Notes under the pieces: model-generated
The model's input: only the letters and a program-made list of their open reading frames with translations
What the model was told of the DNA's origin: nothing
Databases searched by the model: none
Shown: piece by piece, positions 12,601 to 24,335 of the stretch
How the letters are laid out: each line of letters opens with the position of its first letter
How positions within the stretch are numbered: position 1 is the first letter of the stretch
Assembly (NCBI RefSeq): GCF_022045235.1
Contig: NW_027266308.1
Span: 53,816,001-53,880,000, forward strand
Direction of reading: 5' to 3'
Source of the DNA: Haliotis cracherodii
Lineage: Eukaryota
DNA length: 64,000 bases
Translations under genes and position numbers: made by a program

Positions 12601-15600
12601 TGCAACATTTAGTTGCCAAGGGTCCCGGGTTATATTGACCAGAGAGAAAAACACCAATCACCCATTTCAGAACAGTGTAGGACCTCTGGTCCTGCTTCTG
12701 AAACCTGGTCTAATTAAAGGGTAATTCCGCCAGTAATGGATCACCTTTCTATAATATAAGGGTTCTCAATGATCTGAAGTTGTGTAATTGAAAGGAGACA
12801 CGTGTACCTATGAGTGCCTTGTTCATGCAGACCCATCTAGTGACGCACTCCACGTCCTTGAACTGTGCAGGGAACCTGTGTTCCGGGGCCAGGCGGTACT
12901 CCGTGTTCACCACTATACAGGGCGTGTCTCTGAAACACAGCAGCAGGTGCCCGTCACAGGTCGCAATATACAGGTGGGAGGCAAAATACATAACAGACTA
13001 CGACATGCATTAGGCATTTTTACACAATCATATCTTATGTAACCGGAGGTGATGATTGCTTACATGTTAGTAAATACTGAATGGTTGAAAAATATTATGT
13101 GGAGCCATGTGTAGTTTAATAGTTGTATTTGTTTTTACATCTAAATTTGAAAAAGAACTGTATAGCGAGATAACACGTACTGCCCATTTTACACGGTACT
13201 GTCACATGGTCAGGTTCGTTGACTTGGTTGAAACATGTCATCGATCCCAATTGCGTGGATCGATGCTCATGTATCAATCACTGGATTGTCTGGTCCAGAC
13301 TCGATTATTTACAGACCGCCGTCATATAGCTGGAATATTGCTGAGTGCGGCGTAAAACAACTAACCATCCAACAAACCAACATGAATTTCTAAATGGGTG
13401 AACAAGATTGACTGCCTCTCTTGCACTTCCGGGGGTGAAGATCAACGCATGGGTGATAGAGGTATATTTTTACCCAAGTGATTGTTTCTATTTTTATAGA
13501 AATCATTCATATTTGTTTGTCAATATTGTCTTTCGTGAAACACCTTTCCTTTCATAACACCAAACATCGAAAAGAAAATAACAAAACGTACCTGGCTATT
13601 AGTTTACAGGTGACATCATAAGCCTGTCTGGAGCCTACCACCATTCCTCCGCCGTGGAAGTAGACGAGCACTGGGGCTGTGAGGGGGCAGATGGAGTCCT
13701 TGTACACGCTGACAGCCACGCCCTCTGGGCACAGTCAAGGTGGGGATGTAGACATATAACATGGTGACATTCGGCGCTAAGGTGGGTGAGTATGGATTTA
13801 AATTGCTTTAAGATATTTTTCAGCCATAACACGGCGGGAAATGGGCTTATAGCATTGTACTCATTTGGGAATCGAACCCCAGCCTTTCGTGTTACGAGCG
13901 AATGCTTTAAACCGCTATAGGCTTCCCAACCGCCTTTACCACTAAAAGACATGGTGGGCACCACAATTATAAAACATTAAGTCGGTTGTTTTTTTTAGAT
14001 GTGCATTAATCATAATAGTATTCAAAACTTCTTCTTCTTTTATCTTCTACTCATACTGTTTCTCTTGTCAGAGTGGACATGTTTTATATCTGTAATCCAC
14101 CATACCAGAAGAAGGCCAAGTCAACTTCATTGCGTAACGGGGCGTCGGGTAGCCTTCTGGTTAAAGCGTTCGCTCTTAGCACGAAAGGCCGGGGTTCGAT
14201 TCCCAAATGAGTACAATGCTTTAAGCCGATTTCCAGCCGTGATATGGCTGGAAAATATCTGAAAGCCGAAGACCCAGATTCGATTCCCGACAGGGGTACA
14301 ATGTTTGAAGCCCATTTCTGGTGTCCCCCGCCGTGATATTGCTGGAATATTGCTAAAAGTGGTGTAAAACCATATTCACTCACTCACTCATTGCATACCT
14401 TATATTTGCATGTATATGTTACTTGCATTCGCGTTAATTTCAAGCACAGGGTCATTTGTTCAAAAACTAATGAACTTAATGTGGTTATTTCAATACAGTG
14501 TAAATCAAATTTAACAAAACATTTAAAAGGTTTGTCTTGTATGCTATTAACAATACAATATAGCAATATTTGTAATATAAACATTGTATGAAGAAGATCT
14601 AGGTGGCCTGTTGATTTCATACTCATGTTTAAAGACATTTTTGTGTTTAAGATATGAACCTTTTTGTGTACGGCCTTGACCTTGGACGTAGATAGTAAAG
14701 ATAAAATTCAACGATTGAGGGGCCATGTGTCTGTTGACAACAGTATCATAAATAATGCGTCGTGACAACGCGTACATATATCTGTATTCATGTCACCACT
14801 TCAAATGAACGTGACTGATCATACCACATATCAATCCTGGTGAGAGTGTATTGCTTCGTCACTGTAAAAACATTGTGAGGTAGTGGATGTTGTTTAACGC
14901 CGCAGTCAGCATATTCCAGCGTTTTCACGACAGTTTGTAAATTATCGAACCTGGACAAAAAACACGTCATCGGAAGCGGTTGACACATGAAGGAGTCGTT
15001 AATAGCCTGACCACCTGGTCCATTTTGATCGCCTTTTGGGACACGCATGGGTTACTAGGAGCCAATTCTAAATTGCATTATCAACACCGGGTGTTATTAC
15101 GTCGCTTAACGTCGTCGACGTTTTATTTGTGGCATCGTCATTATCATCAAATACTGGCATTTAATACTGGCTGTGTATTCAGCCCCGTCATCGGGAGACA
15201 ACATGGCACATCAAACAGTTATGCAAGTGCTAAGAGCAGGAAAGATATATACAGCGATGTAATTAAGTTTCATCATTTTCGTAAACTGTCATATTAGTGG
15301 CATGATTGCGGCAATTATGGTGACATGAATCCGCTGGAAGTGTAGTCGGTGTGTTGTGTTGGACTGATAACGTGCGAAAGATCTGGGTTACTTGCCGGGT
15401 AAAAACACTGTCCCACTGATCCGCTTATATCACCTTGACCTATCATGGCCGTTCACTGGGCACATATAACTGAACTGGTCTGTCGAGCAAACAGCTGACA
15501 TGAATACCCGTTAATTATTTTCTGCTGTGTATACGACGGTACCCATACGACAGTGGCGAAAAGCCATCATCAAGATTACACTTTGCAAAAATAATTTTAC

Positions 15601-16084
15601 GTGAAAATATTGTTTGATTATCTTAAATTACGCTTGCCTCCGAAAACACGACGAAGTCCATGCATGTTTAAGATGTAACTATGTATGCCATAGTACTTGC
15701 AGGTAGCAAACGACTTGCTTGTTATATATAACATATAATAAATAACAGCATAGCGAAGTCTCTCGTTGAATAAAAGGACCCCTGTCGTAGTTTTTTTTCA
15801 CCGATAAGAATGGGCAAGATAAGAGGGCCCCCGTCTCTGTTTGTAAATACGGCCTTACCCGGACAATGAACGGAAGGAACTGTGAATTCCTTGATGCTGC
15901 CTTTGAATTCAGTGTCTCCGGCGTAGAAAAGTGACGTCTGCAAGTTGGCTTCACGCGCTTCCTCCACACTGAGCTCTGGATAGGGTCTTGCTCCCCTCTC
16001 TTTTTGTTGGCGAAAAAACGCAAGGGTCTCCTCGTGGATTTTATACTTCTGCCCCGCCTCCCCCCACGCGTCTAAAGTCGCCAT
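6616..16084 (-). CDS. HSL-family (family IV) carboxylesterase/lipase, paralogue 1, complete, 8 exons, 322 aa
   Basis: Exons 16084-15859, 13724-13592 (YFHGGG), 12929-12808 (EYRLAPEHRFP), 10977-10883 or the alternative 10861-10767 (GGDSAGGNL, catalytic Ser), 10045-9951 (VLVYP), 8307-8168 (ELDPLRD, catalytic Asp), 7363-7277 (PHAFF, catalytic His), 6686-6616 (stop TGA). Total 969 nt, all phases consistent, GT-AG introns. Confidence 0.92.
8335..9265. repeat. Degenerate ~33-35 bp tandem repeat (gcagacatcagagagaagcagacgacagtgactt) in intron 5 of esterase 1
   Basis: Recurrent acatcaga / gacgacagt motifs at regular spacing. Confidence 0.85.
9392..9638 (+). mobile_element. SINE-like family B copy; other copies at about 13206-13380(+), 16350-16790(+), 22903-23070(-), 28440-28616(-), 38212-38452(-), 43425-43630(-), 47822-48050(+), 61372-61588(-)
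   Basis: Shared body cttgtcgtaagaggcgactaa...ggtcaggctcgctgacttggttga...ctggtccagactcgattattt and tail gctggaatattgctgagtgcggcgttaaacaacaa. Confidence 0.85.
10324..10490 (+). mobile_element. tRNA-derived SINE family A copy; other copies at about 12432-12570(-), 13785-13932(-), 14138-14390(+), 16437-16596(-), 37140-37307(-), 39855-40008(-)
   Basis: Pol III A box (ggtagcctagtggtt) and B box (gggttcgattccc), shared body gaagcccatttctggtgtc, tail aaaagcggcgtaaaaccatactcactcac. Confidence 0.88.
11849..12393. mobile_element. Non-autonomous DNA transposon (MITE) with ~70-bp TIRs; second copy at 52854-53342
   Basis: TIR catcttcccaaggcaagggagttaactgactataaaagtccagtttccacccttgccgaactaggctgg and its reverse complement; flanks ataatcgta / ataatcgtt look like an 8-9 bp TSD. 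Confidence 0.9.
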
Positions 16085-17272
16085 GTTGGTATGATAGTCA
16101 GAGGCAGACGACCGTAAGCATATGGAAGAAATCTGCTCGATCAGTTCATATGCAGACGACAAGAGTAAGTGAGCGGTCTCTCTGCATTGTCAGGCGGACA
16201 GATATCGGGCGTTGAGGACAGTGTATTGAAGCTGTCGTCTCCCTGTTGAGGGACACGCTGGCATGATTTCAGATTAGGGGGTGTCAGATGTGAAGATACT
16301 TCAAAGTACAAGATCATTGTCCATAGTTCATGATATGGGTGGCTATTGTGACCCTGGGACAGAAGAGTTCCCTAGAACACCATGCTTGTCGTAAGAGATG
16401 ACTGATAGATCTATATATAGAGTGCTTGGAGTAAATTAGTGAGTATGGTTTTCGCCGCTTTTAGCAATATTCCAGCAATATCACGGCAAGGAACACTAGA
16501 AATGGGCTTCATACATTGTACCCATGTGGGGAATGGAACCCGGGCCTTCGGCGTGACGAGCGAACGCATTAACCACTAGGCTACCCCACCGTCCCCTTAT
16601 ATATAGAGGACCGGGTGGTCACAATGCCTGTGACGTGAGTGACTGTTGTCAACCTCCTCAGCCAGCGTGGATCGTGCCCATACTTGAGATTCAGTCACTG
16701 AGTTCCCTGACCCAGATTCGATTATTCACAAGCCGCTGTGACATTGCTGAAGGATTGTGACTGCTACGTAAAACAACATTCACTCACTCACACGTGGGAT
16801 ACCGATGACACCTATATCTGAAACATAACTAAGATTTTGCTCCACACAACAAACATGAGGATACCATTAGATTCACAAGGCAACTTTATTTAAACCTCTG
16901 ACATTTTATGCCATGTTGAAGGTCAATTCGACTTTTCAAAAGATGATTTTAAAAACGTTAAAATGAAAGTGTCATTAATGAATACATTCAGCTAACAAAT
17001 TAAAATGGCGGCCCTTCTTCCGTGCCCGATCACCCTTGTCAAACAAGAAATTGCCATTCGTGAATTATTTATAGGTCAGATTAGGTGTGTATCGGTTTGG
17101 GGATGTGGCTTTGTTGTTTATTTCTATCCGGTATGGGGGTGGGTCTTTTTGTAGTTTGAGATTAGAGTTTGTTTTGGTAGGGCTAGCTGGGAAGCCCTCT
17201 TCTTCAACCGGTATACAAGACATACATTAGAAGGTATATTCCCTTCCTTTCAACTGGTATATAAGACTTATA

Positions 17273-18741
17273 AACTCTTCAAAAATAGAAACGCACAGGT
17301 AGATTTTTTGTAAATTTATTGTAACTAATAAAGTCGATATATTTCATTTAATATCATAGATACAAATATGAAATTTTGGAGCTCGATAGTCACATGTTGT
17401 CTTTGTACAAAGGCATTGAAAACTGTTCATTGTCACATAAGGCCACAAGGTTACGCTGAACTCAGTATCTCGTGTGACCGCCCGGGCAGCAATCACGGTT
17501 CTGCATCTCCTCGGCACTGACTGGATAAATGTACGAATTCTGTCCTGCGGAATTCTGCTCCATTCTGCTTGTAACGCGTTGGCCAGTTGTGGGAGTGACT
17601 GAGGCGTCTTTTGACGTTGACGTACACGTCGATCGAGTTCATCCCAGTGGTGTTCGACTTGGTTGAGATCTGGAGATCTCGACGGCCAGGGCAAGGCGTT
17701 GATATTGGCATTATGAAGGTAGTCTACCGTGACACGAGTTGTGTGCGTTGGAGCGTTGTCCTATTGAAACAGCTCCCTCTGGCGGTCAATGATTGGAAGA
17801 AGGTGAGGTTGAAGAATTTGATTCATGTAGCGATTTGCTGTCAAATTTGCCTGAACCACAACCAAGTCAGATCTCGTGGTGTAGGATATGGCCCCCCACA
17901 ACATGACAATACCGCCACCGAAATTGTCGAATTCACGTACACAATGTGGGGGAAAACGCTCATTTCGACGACGATAAACACGTTCTCTTCCATCTCGCCG
18001 GTGAAGAAGAAATCGTGATTCATCGCCAGTTTCTCAAATTCCAAGGCTGTAGGGTATGGCACCAACGCAAACGTCGCTGTCGATGGATCTGTTGCAAATC
18101 AGGGACGATAACTGTTCTTCTGGGTCGGATTCCAGCCTAGCGAAGATGATTCCTGACAGTCTGGTCCGATATCCTCTTCAAACCAGGGATGCGTCCTGCA
18201 GTCTCCGTAGCTGTGGCATTGCGATGACGTAGGTGGAAAAGTCGAATATAGCAATCCTGTGCAAGGGTTGTAACTCTTGGTCGGCCGGTTCTCGGACGGT
18301 CTGCAGCGGAATTGAACTGTGTATATCGGTCCATTGAAGTGGCGTGCAACAGAAGATTGCGAATCCCCTCTCTGGATACGTCCTATGGCGATGTCCCAAT
18401 CGGCAGCCCTGAGTCTCGGCATTTTCGAACTTGAAAAATGTTGACAATTGAATGACAAATTATTGGCTTGCCTTTTTATAGCCACTACCACGAGTTATGA
18501 ATGCCATAACTTGCACATGCATTTGGCTTTCCTGTTTTCCTCCATGACATTTTGTACATGTGTGAAAACAATGCCGTTTAAGACATTTGAAATCGGGATG
18601 CCTGCGTTTTGACGCACCGTTTGTCGAATATCAGGCCACCAACATTTTCCAATAACATATATCCAATTTATATACCGGATTTTCTGTGTAGTCAGGTTCA
18701 ATGAACTACATACTACCTGTGCGTTTCTTCTTTTAAGAGTG
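17273..18741 (-). mobile_element. Tc1/mariner transposon with frameshifted (dead) transposase
   Basis: TA-flanked TIRs (a/c)actctt..aaa.agaaacgcacaggtag. Minus-strand fragments: MPRLRAADWDIAIGRIQRGDSQSSVARHF (paired-type HTH), DRPRTGRPRVTT (GRPR motif) and WPSRSPDLNQVEHHWDEL (Tc1 catalytic motif), in different frames. Confidence 0.95.
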
Positions 18742-18743
18742 TA

Positions 18744-19220
18744 TATTAGGAGGTATATTCCCTTCCCTTCAACTGGTATATGACGGCATGTATATTAGGT
18801 AGTATATTTTTGCTACTGGTATACGAAGACATATATTAGGAGGTATATTCCCTTACCTTCAAATGGTATACGAAGACATATATATTAGGAGGTATATTCC
18901 CTTCTCTAGCCTTGCTCCAAGTCTGTGCTGAAAGAAAAGTCCAAGAATGTGTAGTAATTCTATCCTCCTCATAGGCAAGTCTAGATATGTAGACAGACAA
19001 CTTGTTCTTATTATTTACATAATCTAGAAAGTATGATCTAAACTAATAAAAATATTGCTTTCGAGACTTGTGCAGGGCTATCCCTTCCCTTCAACTGGTA
19101 TATGACGACATATCTATTAGACAGTATATTTCCTTCAACTTGTATACGAAAACATATATTGGGATGTATATTCCCTTCCCTTCAAATTTTATACGAAAAC
19201 ATATATATTCCCTTCAAGTG
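18744..19220. repeat. Degenerate ~45-bp tandem repeat (aggtatattcccttcccttcaactggtata...), also at 17200-17265, split by the Tc1 insertion
   Basis: Same unit on both sides of the Tc1 element. Confidence 0.75.
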
Positions 19221-20559
19221 TAATTACAATTTTAAGCCATTAGTTAGGCATTGGCATTATCTTGATATGTCAACACCGTATCATGAAATTATACCTTGCA
19301 ATTATTGGTACCTTGCATTTTCAAATTTATAATTTCAAGAAAGCATAAAAATGGTATGGCCCTAATTGGTTTCCGTAGGGACACATCCCTGTCCTATTAA
19401 ATATATTTGACGATACATGTTTGGGGCATATTTCCTTTGTATCTTTTATTAATTTGTTACATTCCCTCTCACTCTCTAAAGTACCAGTTCCACTGAAAGT
19501 AGTCCCTTCATAATTGTACTAGTTGCTGGTGTAAACATATGCCTTGTGTCTCGTCACGCGGCATCATGTGTGTAATTATAATGCTGAACGTATTATAATA
19601 TAGATGTTTTTGTCTCCAGAAAACTGTTGGCAAATCTGTAAATGGTCGTTCCATAATATAGAGACTCTGTCGGTTATACTAAAATATAAATAAACACAAC
19701 ATTCGTTGATTACTTTCAAAGAGAGTCTCATGATATCCAGTCATGGGGAAGTACGCTTACTAAAAATAGCACCGTTTCTGGAGAAAGCCAAATTCTTGTT
19801 TCTAGTGGTCAGTATTGATACAAAGGACTTGTAAGAACTAGTCTGCCAGGGTATGTCAAGGTAAGTGTGTTAATTATGTCTCTTGACCGCTGAATTTATT
19901 TCTCGATCACCTCCCAGGCAACGAAGCATCGCTCAAATAGTTACATCAGTACGGCTGTGGGATCGCGCATTGATCCGGACTGTCCACGTCGATGTTAGCA
20001 TCCGGGGGGCGTTATATGTTGTTAACATGTATCGTGTGAAAGTTCGTCATCTCATGAAGCTCTGTAAGTTTGAATTGTTGTACCATGTTGGTGGTTTGAC
20101 GATTAGGTATCAATTACATGGTGTTTCTTTGAGGGGACAGAATTACTTCCGGGCAAAGGATGTATACACCCATGTTTGATGGTGTCTAAACATGAAACAA
20201 AACAAGAAATGGTTATTCGATGATGATGTGTTTGACAGACAGACAGACAGACAGACAGGCAGGCAGACAGAATATTTTATTTTCGTCTCACCCCAGGAAC
20301 AGATAAACAACATATACAACAATATATAACTGAGCCATCCCCTGCAGGATTATGAGAGACGTAATTATTTACACGTACTATTTAGTATAAAATATAATAT
20401 ACACACACGGGTATCACAGATATTTCATGCATCATATCAATGAGTATCCCACAACAGGCGACATGGTCATGACGTCTCAGGGAAGATGGGGTCGCAGTTT
20501 CACACTACACAGTAATGAGCAGGGTCAAGTGTGAAGTTACAAGTCCATGCTTTCATTTG

Positions 20560-22660
20560 TTCGGCAGTGTACATGTTGTTTATTACATTAAGGGGACATA
20601 AAATACATTTTGTTTATCACTTTTAGTGGACATAAAATAAGGCTGTTAGTTACATTTATGAGATATCAAAGAAAGGTTGTGATTTACATTTAGGGGACAT
20701 TAAATAAAGGTTTCAGTTACCTTTAGGAGACATAAAAGTTTAAGTTACATCTGGGAGACATTACATAAAGGTTTTAGTTACATTTAGGGGTCATTAAATA
20801 AAGGTTTCAGTTACATTTAGGAGACATTAGATAAAGGTTTTACTTACATTTGGGGGAAATAAATAAAGGTTTTAGTTACATTTAGGAGTCATTAAATAAA
20901 GGTTTCAGTTACATTTAGAAGACATTAAATAAAGGTTTTACTTACATTTGGGAGAAATAAATAAAGGTTTTAGTTACATTAAGGAGACTTTAAATAAAGG
21001 TTTTACTTACATTAGGAGAAATAAATAAAGGTTTTAGTTATATTTAGGAGACATTAAATAAAGGTTTTAGTTACATTTAGGAGATATTTGATAAAGATTA
21101 TGATTTATTACGGGACATTGAATAAATGTTTCAGTTACATTTAGGAGACATTAAATAAAGGTTTTAGTTTCATTTAGGAGACATTAGATAAAGGTTTTAA
21201 TAACATTTAGGAGACATTAAATAAATGTTTTAGTTATATTTAGGAGACATTAAATAAAGGTTTGAGTTACATTTAGGAGACATTAAATAAAGATTGTGAT
21301 TTAGTAGGGGACATAAAATAAAGGTTTTAGTTACATTTGGGAGACATTAAATAACGGTTTTACTTACATTTAGGAGTCATTAAATAAAGGTTTCAGTTAC
21401 ATTAAGGAGACATTAAATAAAGGTTATAGTTACATTTAGGAGACATTAAATAAAGGTTTTACTTACATTTGGGAGAAATAAATTAAGGTTTTAGTTACAT
21501 TCAGGAGACATAAAATATGGGTTTTACTTACATTTAGGAGACATTTGATAAAGATTGTAATTTATTAGGGGACATTAAATAAATGTTTTAGTTACATTTA
21601 GGAGACACTTAATAAATGTTTTAGTTACATTTAGGAGACATTAAAAAAAGGTTTTACTTACATTTGGGAGAAATAAATAAAGGTTTTACTTACATTTAGG
21701 AGACATTAAATAAAGGTTTTAGTAACATTAGGAGAAATATATTAGGTTTTAGTTACATTTAGGAGACTTTAAATAAAGGTTTTAGTTTCATTTAGGAGAC
21801 ATTTAATAAAGGTTTTACTTACATTAGGAGAAATAAATAAAGGTTTTAGTTACACTTAGGAGACTTTTGATAAATGTTTTAGTTACATTTAGGAGACATT
21901 AAATAAAGGTTTTAATTACATTTAGGAGACATTAAATAAAGGTTTTAGTTACATTTAGGAGTCATTAAATAAAGATTGTGATTTATTAGGGACATAAAAT
22001 AAAGGTTTTAGTTACATTTAGGAGACATTAAATAAAGGTTTTAGTTACATTTAGGAGTCATTAAATAAAGGTTTCAGTTACATTTAGGAGACATTAGATA
22101 AAGATTTTAGTTTCATTTAGGAGACATTAAATAAATGTTTTAGTTACATTTAGGAGACATTAAATAAAGGTTTTACTTTCATTTGGGAGAAATAAATAAA
22201 GGTTTTACTTACATTTAGGAGACATTTGATAAAGATTGTAATTTATTAGGGGACATTAAATAAATGTTTTAATTACATTTAGGAGGCATTAAATAGAGGT
22301 TTTAGTTACATTTAGGAGACATTAAATAAAGGTTAGAGTTACATTTAGGAAACATTAAATAAAGGTTTGAGTTACATTTAGGAGACATTAAATAAAGATC
22401 GTGATTTATTAGGGGACATTAAATAAAGGTTTTACTTACATTTAGGGGTCACTGAATAAAGGTTTTAGTTACATTTTGGAGACATTAAAAAAAGGTTTCA
22501 GTTACATTTCAGAGACATAACATACATGTTGTTGGTCACATTTCGGGGACAAAAAAAGCTGATAGTTACATTTAAAAGAAATACAGTTTTTTAGCTACAT
22601 CTAGGAAACATAAAATACATGTTGTTCGTTACATTTAAGAGACATTAAATAAAGGCTCAG
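20560..22660. repeat. 33-bp satellite array (ttacatttaggagacattaaataaaggttttag), ~2.1 kb
   Basis: About 60 tandem copies, degenerate at both edges. Confidence 0.97.
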
Positions 22661-23228
22661 TAGTCAGTAGTAATGTTAACAGGCATGGCATGTGAGTTTA
22701 CAAAAAATATATAAAGGTTTCTATGTTCTGTTAACTTCGGATGTCAACTGGGAGTGAGTTCCATAGTAGTGGGGATGTCTTTCCCAGCATCTGTCACCAA
22801 GTGATGGGCATGATGAGAGTATTGTAAGTAAATGCTCACCAACGGACAACAAGGCTCGCGTAGGATAAACTCATGTTGTAAATATTAAGGAAAGTAATAA
22901 ACAGTCCAATGACTGACATCATGAGCATCTATCCACGCAATAACATGCATCTACAAAGTCAGAGAGCCTGACCACCCGATCCTGTTTGTCGCCTCTTGCG
23001 ACAAGCATGGTCGCCTTTTACCGGAAGTATGGGTTGCTGAAGACCTATTCTACCCTGGATCTTCACGGATCGCGATTTTAAGGAACTTTTGGGGACAATA
23101 TACATATTGCTATTGTTACATTGTGGGGACATAAACATGACAGTTCAGTTGTAGGGCCAGGTTACTCTGACTGAATGGGTGAGTGAATGTTTTACTCTCA
23201 TTCAGCAATATAACAATTATGTCACGGT

Positions 23229-23470
23229 GAGGTGGCACGGGTGGTCCAGTCGTCTTAGGCGCCGTCATTCGCTGTGCAGAGTTGCGTCCCTTGGGGACAC
23301 CAGAAACCGAAGATTGTGGGTTTCGAATCCCGGTTCGCCCGGTGATCATCATACCTGTGCTCACCAAGTGGTAAACGTCTGTGACCTGCATAACATCGGA
23401 CTTTCCTCCCACATAAAGCTGACACGCGGTGACATTACTGGAATACTGTACAAACCCAACTCACTCACTC
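23229..23470 (+). mobile_element. tRNA-derived SINE family D copy; others at about 28990-29258(-), 7688-7870(-, partial), 28690-28770(-, partial)
   Basis: ggcacgggtggtccagt A-box-like, gtttcgaatcc B box, shared body aagtggtaaacgtctg.gacctgc, tail actcactcac. Confidence 0.8.
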
Positions 23471-23646
23471 AATCGTTATGTCACATGTCTGGGTCTGGGT
23501 ACCATGACAAACAATCAGACAAGTCATCTTCTAAATGTACAGATGTACTGGGTGTCTATTCTGACTAGGAATCTTCAAGAGATCGATATACTTCAAACAA
23601 CAATGACTTAAAACCATACGAGCCTATCAACTTATGGAGACAAATA

Positions 23647-23797
23647 CAGTAAACTACGTTTATAACGAACTGACGGATATAACGAACTTATTTTTTAGTC
23701 CCGGCCATTTGATGTATATATGCTGTTTATATGTTTATAACGAACTACGGTTATTACGAACTGGTCCCTTTGAGTTCGTTATAACCGTAGTTTACTG
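23647..23797. mobile_element. Short TA-flanked MITE (CAGT termini)
   Basis: TA|cagtaaactacgtttataacgaac ... gttcgttataaccgtagtttactg|TA. Confidence 0.85.
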
Positions 23798-24335
23798 TAA
23801 AGAAATCATACCTAAGTAGTTCATCACTTTGGTGAAACCCAAACGCACTGGTATCACCTTGTCAGACAAAGAATCATCAGTGGGATGAATCTAGGATTTG
23901 AACGCCCAACTAGTAGCTGTTGATCTGGCAACTAAGGGAGACAACCCTGCGCAAAGAGTTGATGCTTCTTGGACCACTGGCTACCTATTCGAGCTAGGAT
24001 CTCCACCATGTATACATGGCCTTGAGGTGTATATATGTGTGGTCTGTGTTCAGAGATCATTACCTGTCACTTTGTACTGGTCCCTCCATGTTCACCACAT
24101 GACATTGTCTGAAAACAAACACAAAACCATGCAACATTCACATGCATCTGTGTCATATAACGCAGTATGCATATTTTGTATGTAATAGGGATACCAATAG
24201 TAGTGTGCAGCTGCAGTCCTAAGTTTAGACTTTCTATAGAGTAAAATATTTCGTGTGTAGTAACATATTTGTTCATTGCTTGAATACATGATTGAAATTC
24301 CATGTTAATATGCATGTTTTCCTTTATAATACAGT

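Noticed and set aside
17344-18491. Functional transposase gene
   Set aside because: Split across several frames with frameshifts and stops; a dead Tc1 copy.
20560-22660. CRISPR-like regular repeats
   Set aside because: Units are contiguous with no unique spacers, no cas genes, and the context is eukaryotic; it is a satellite.
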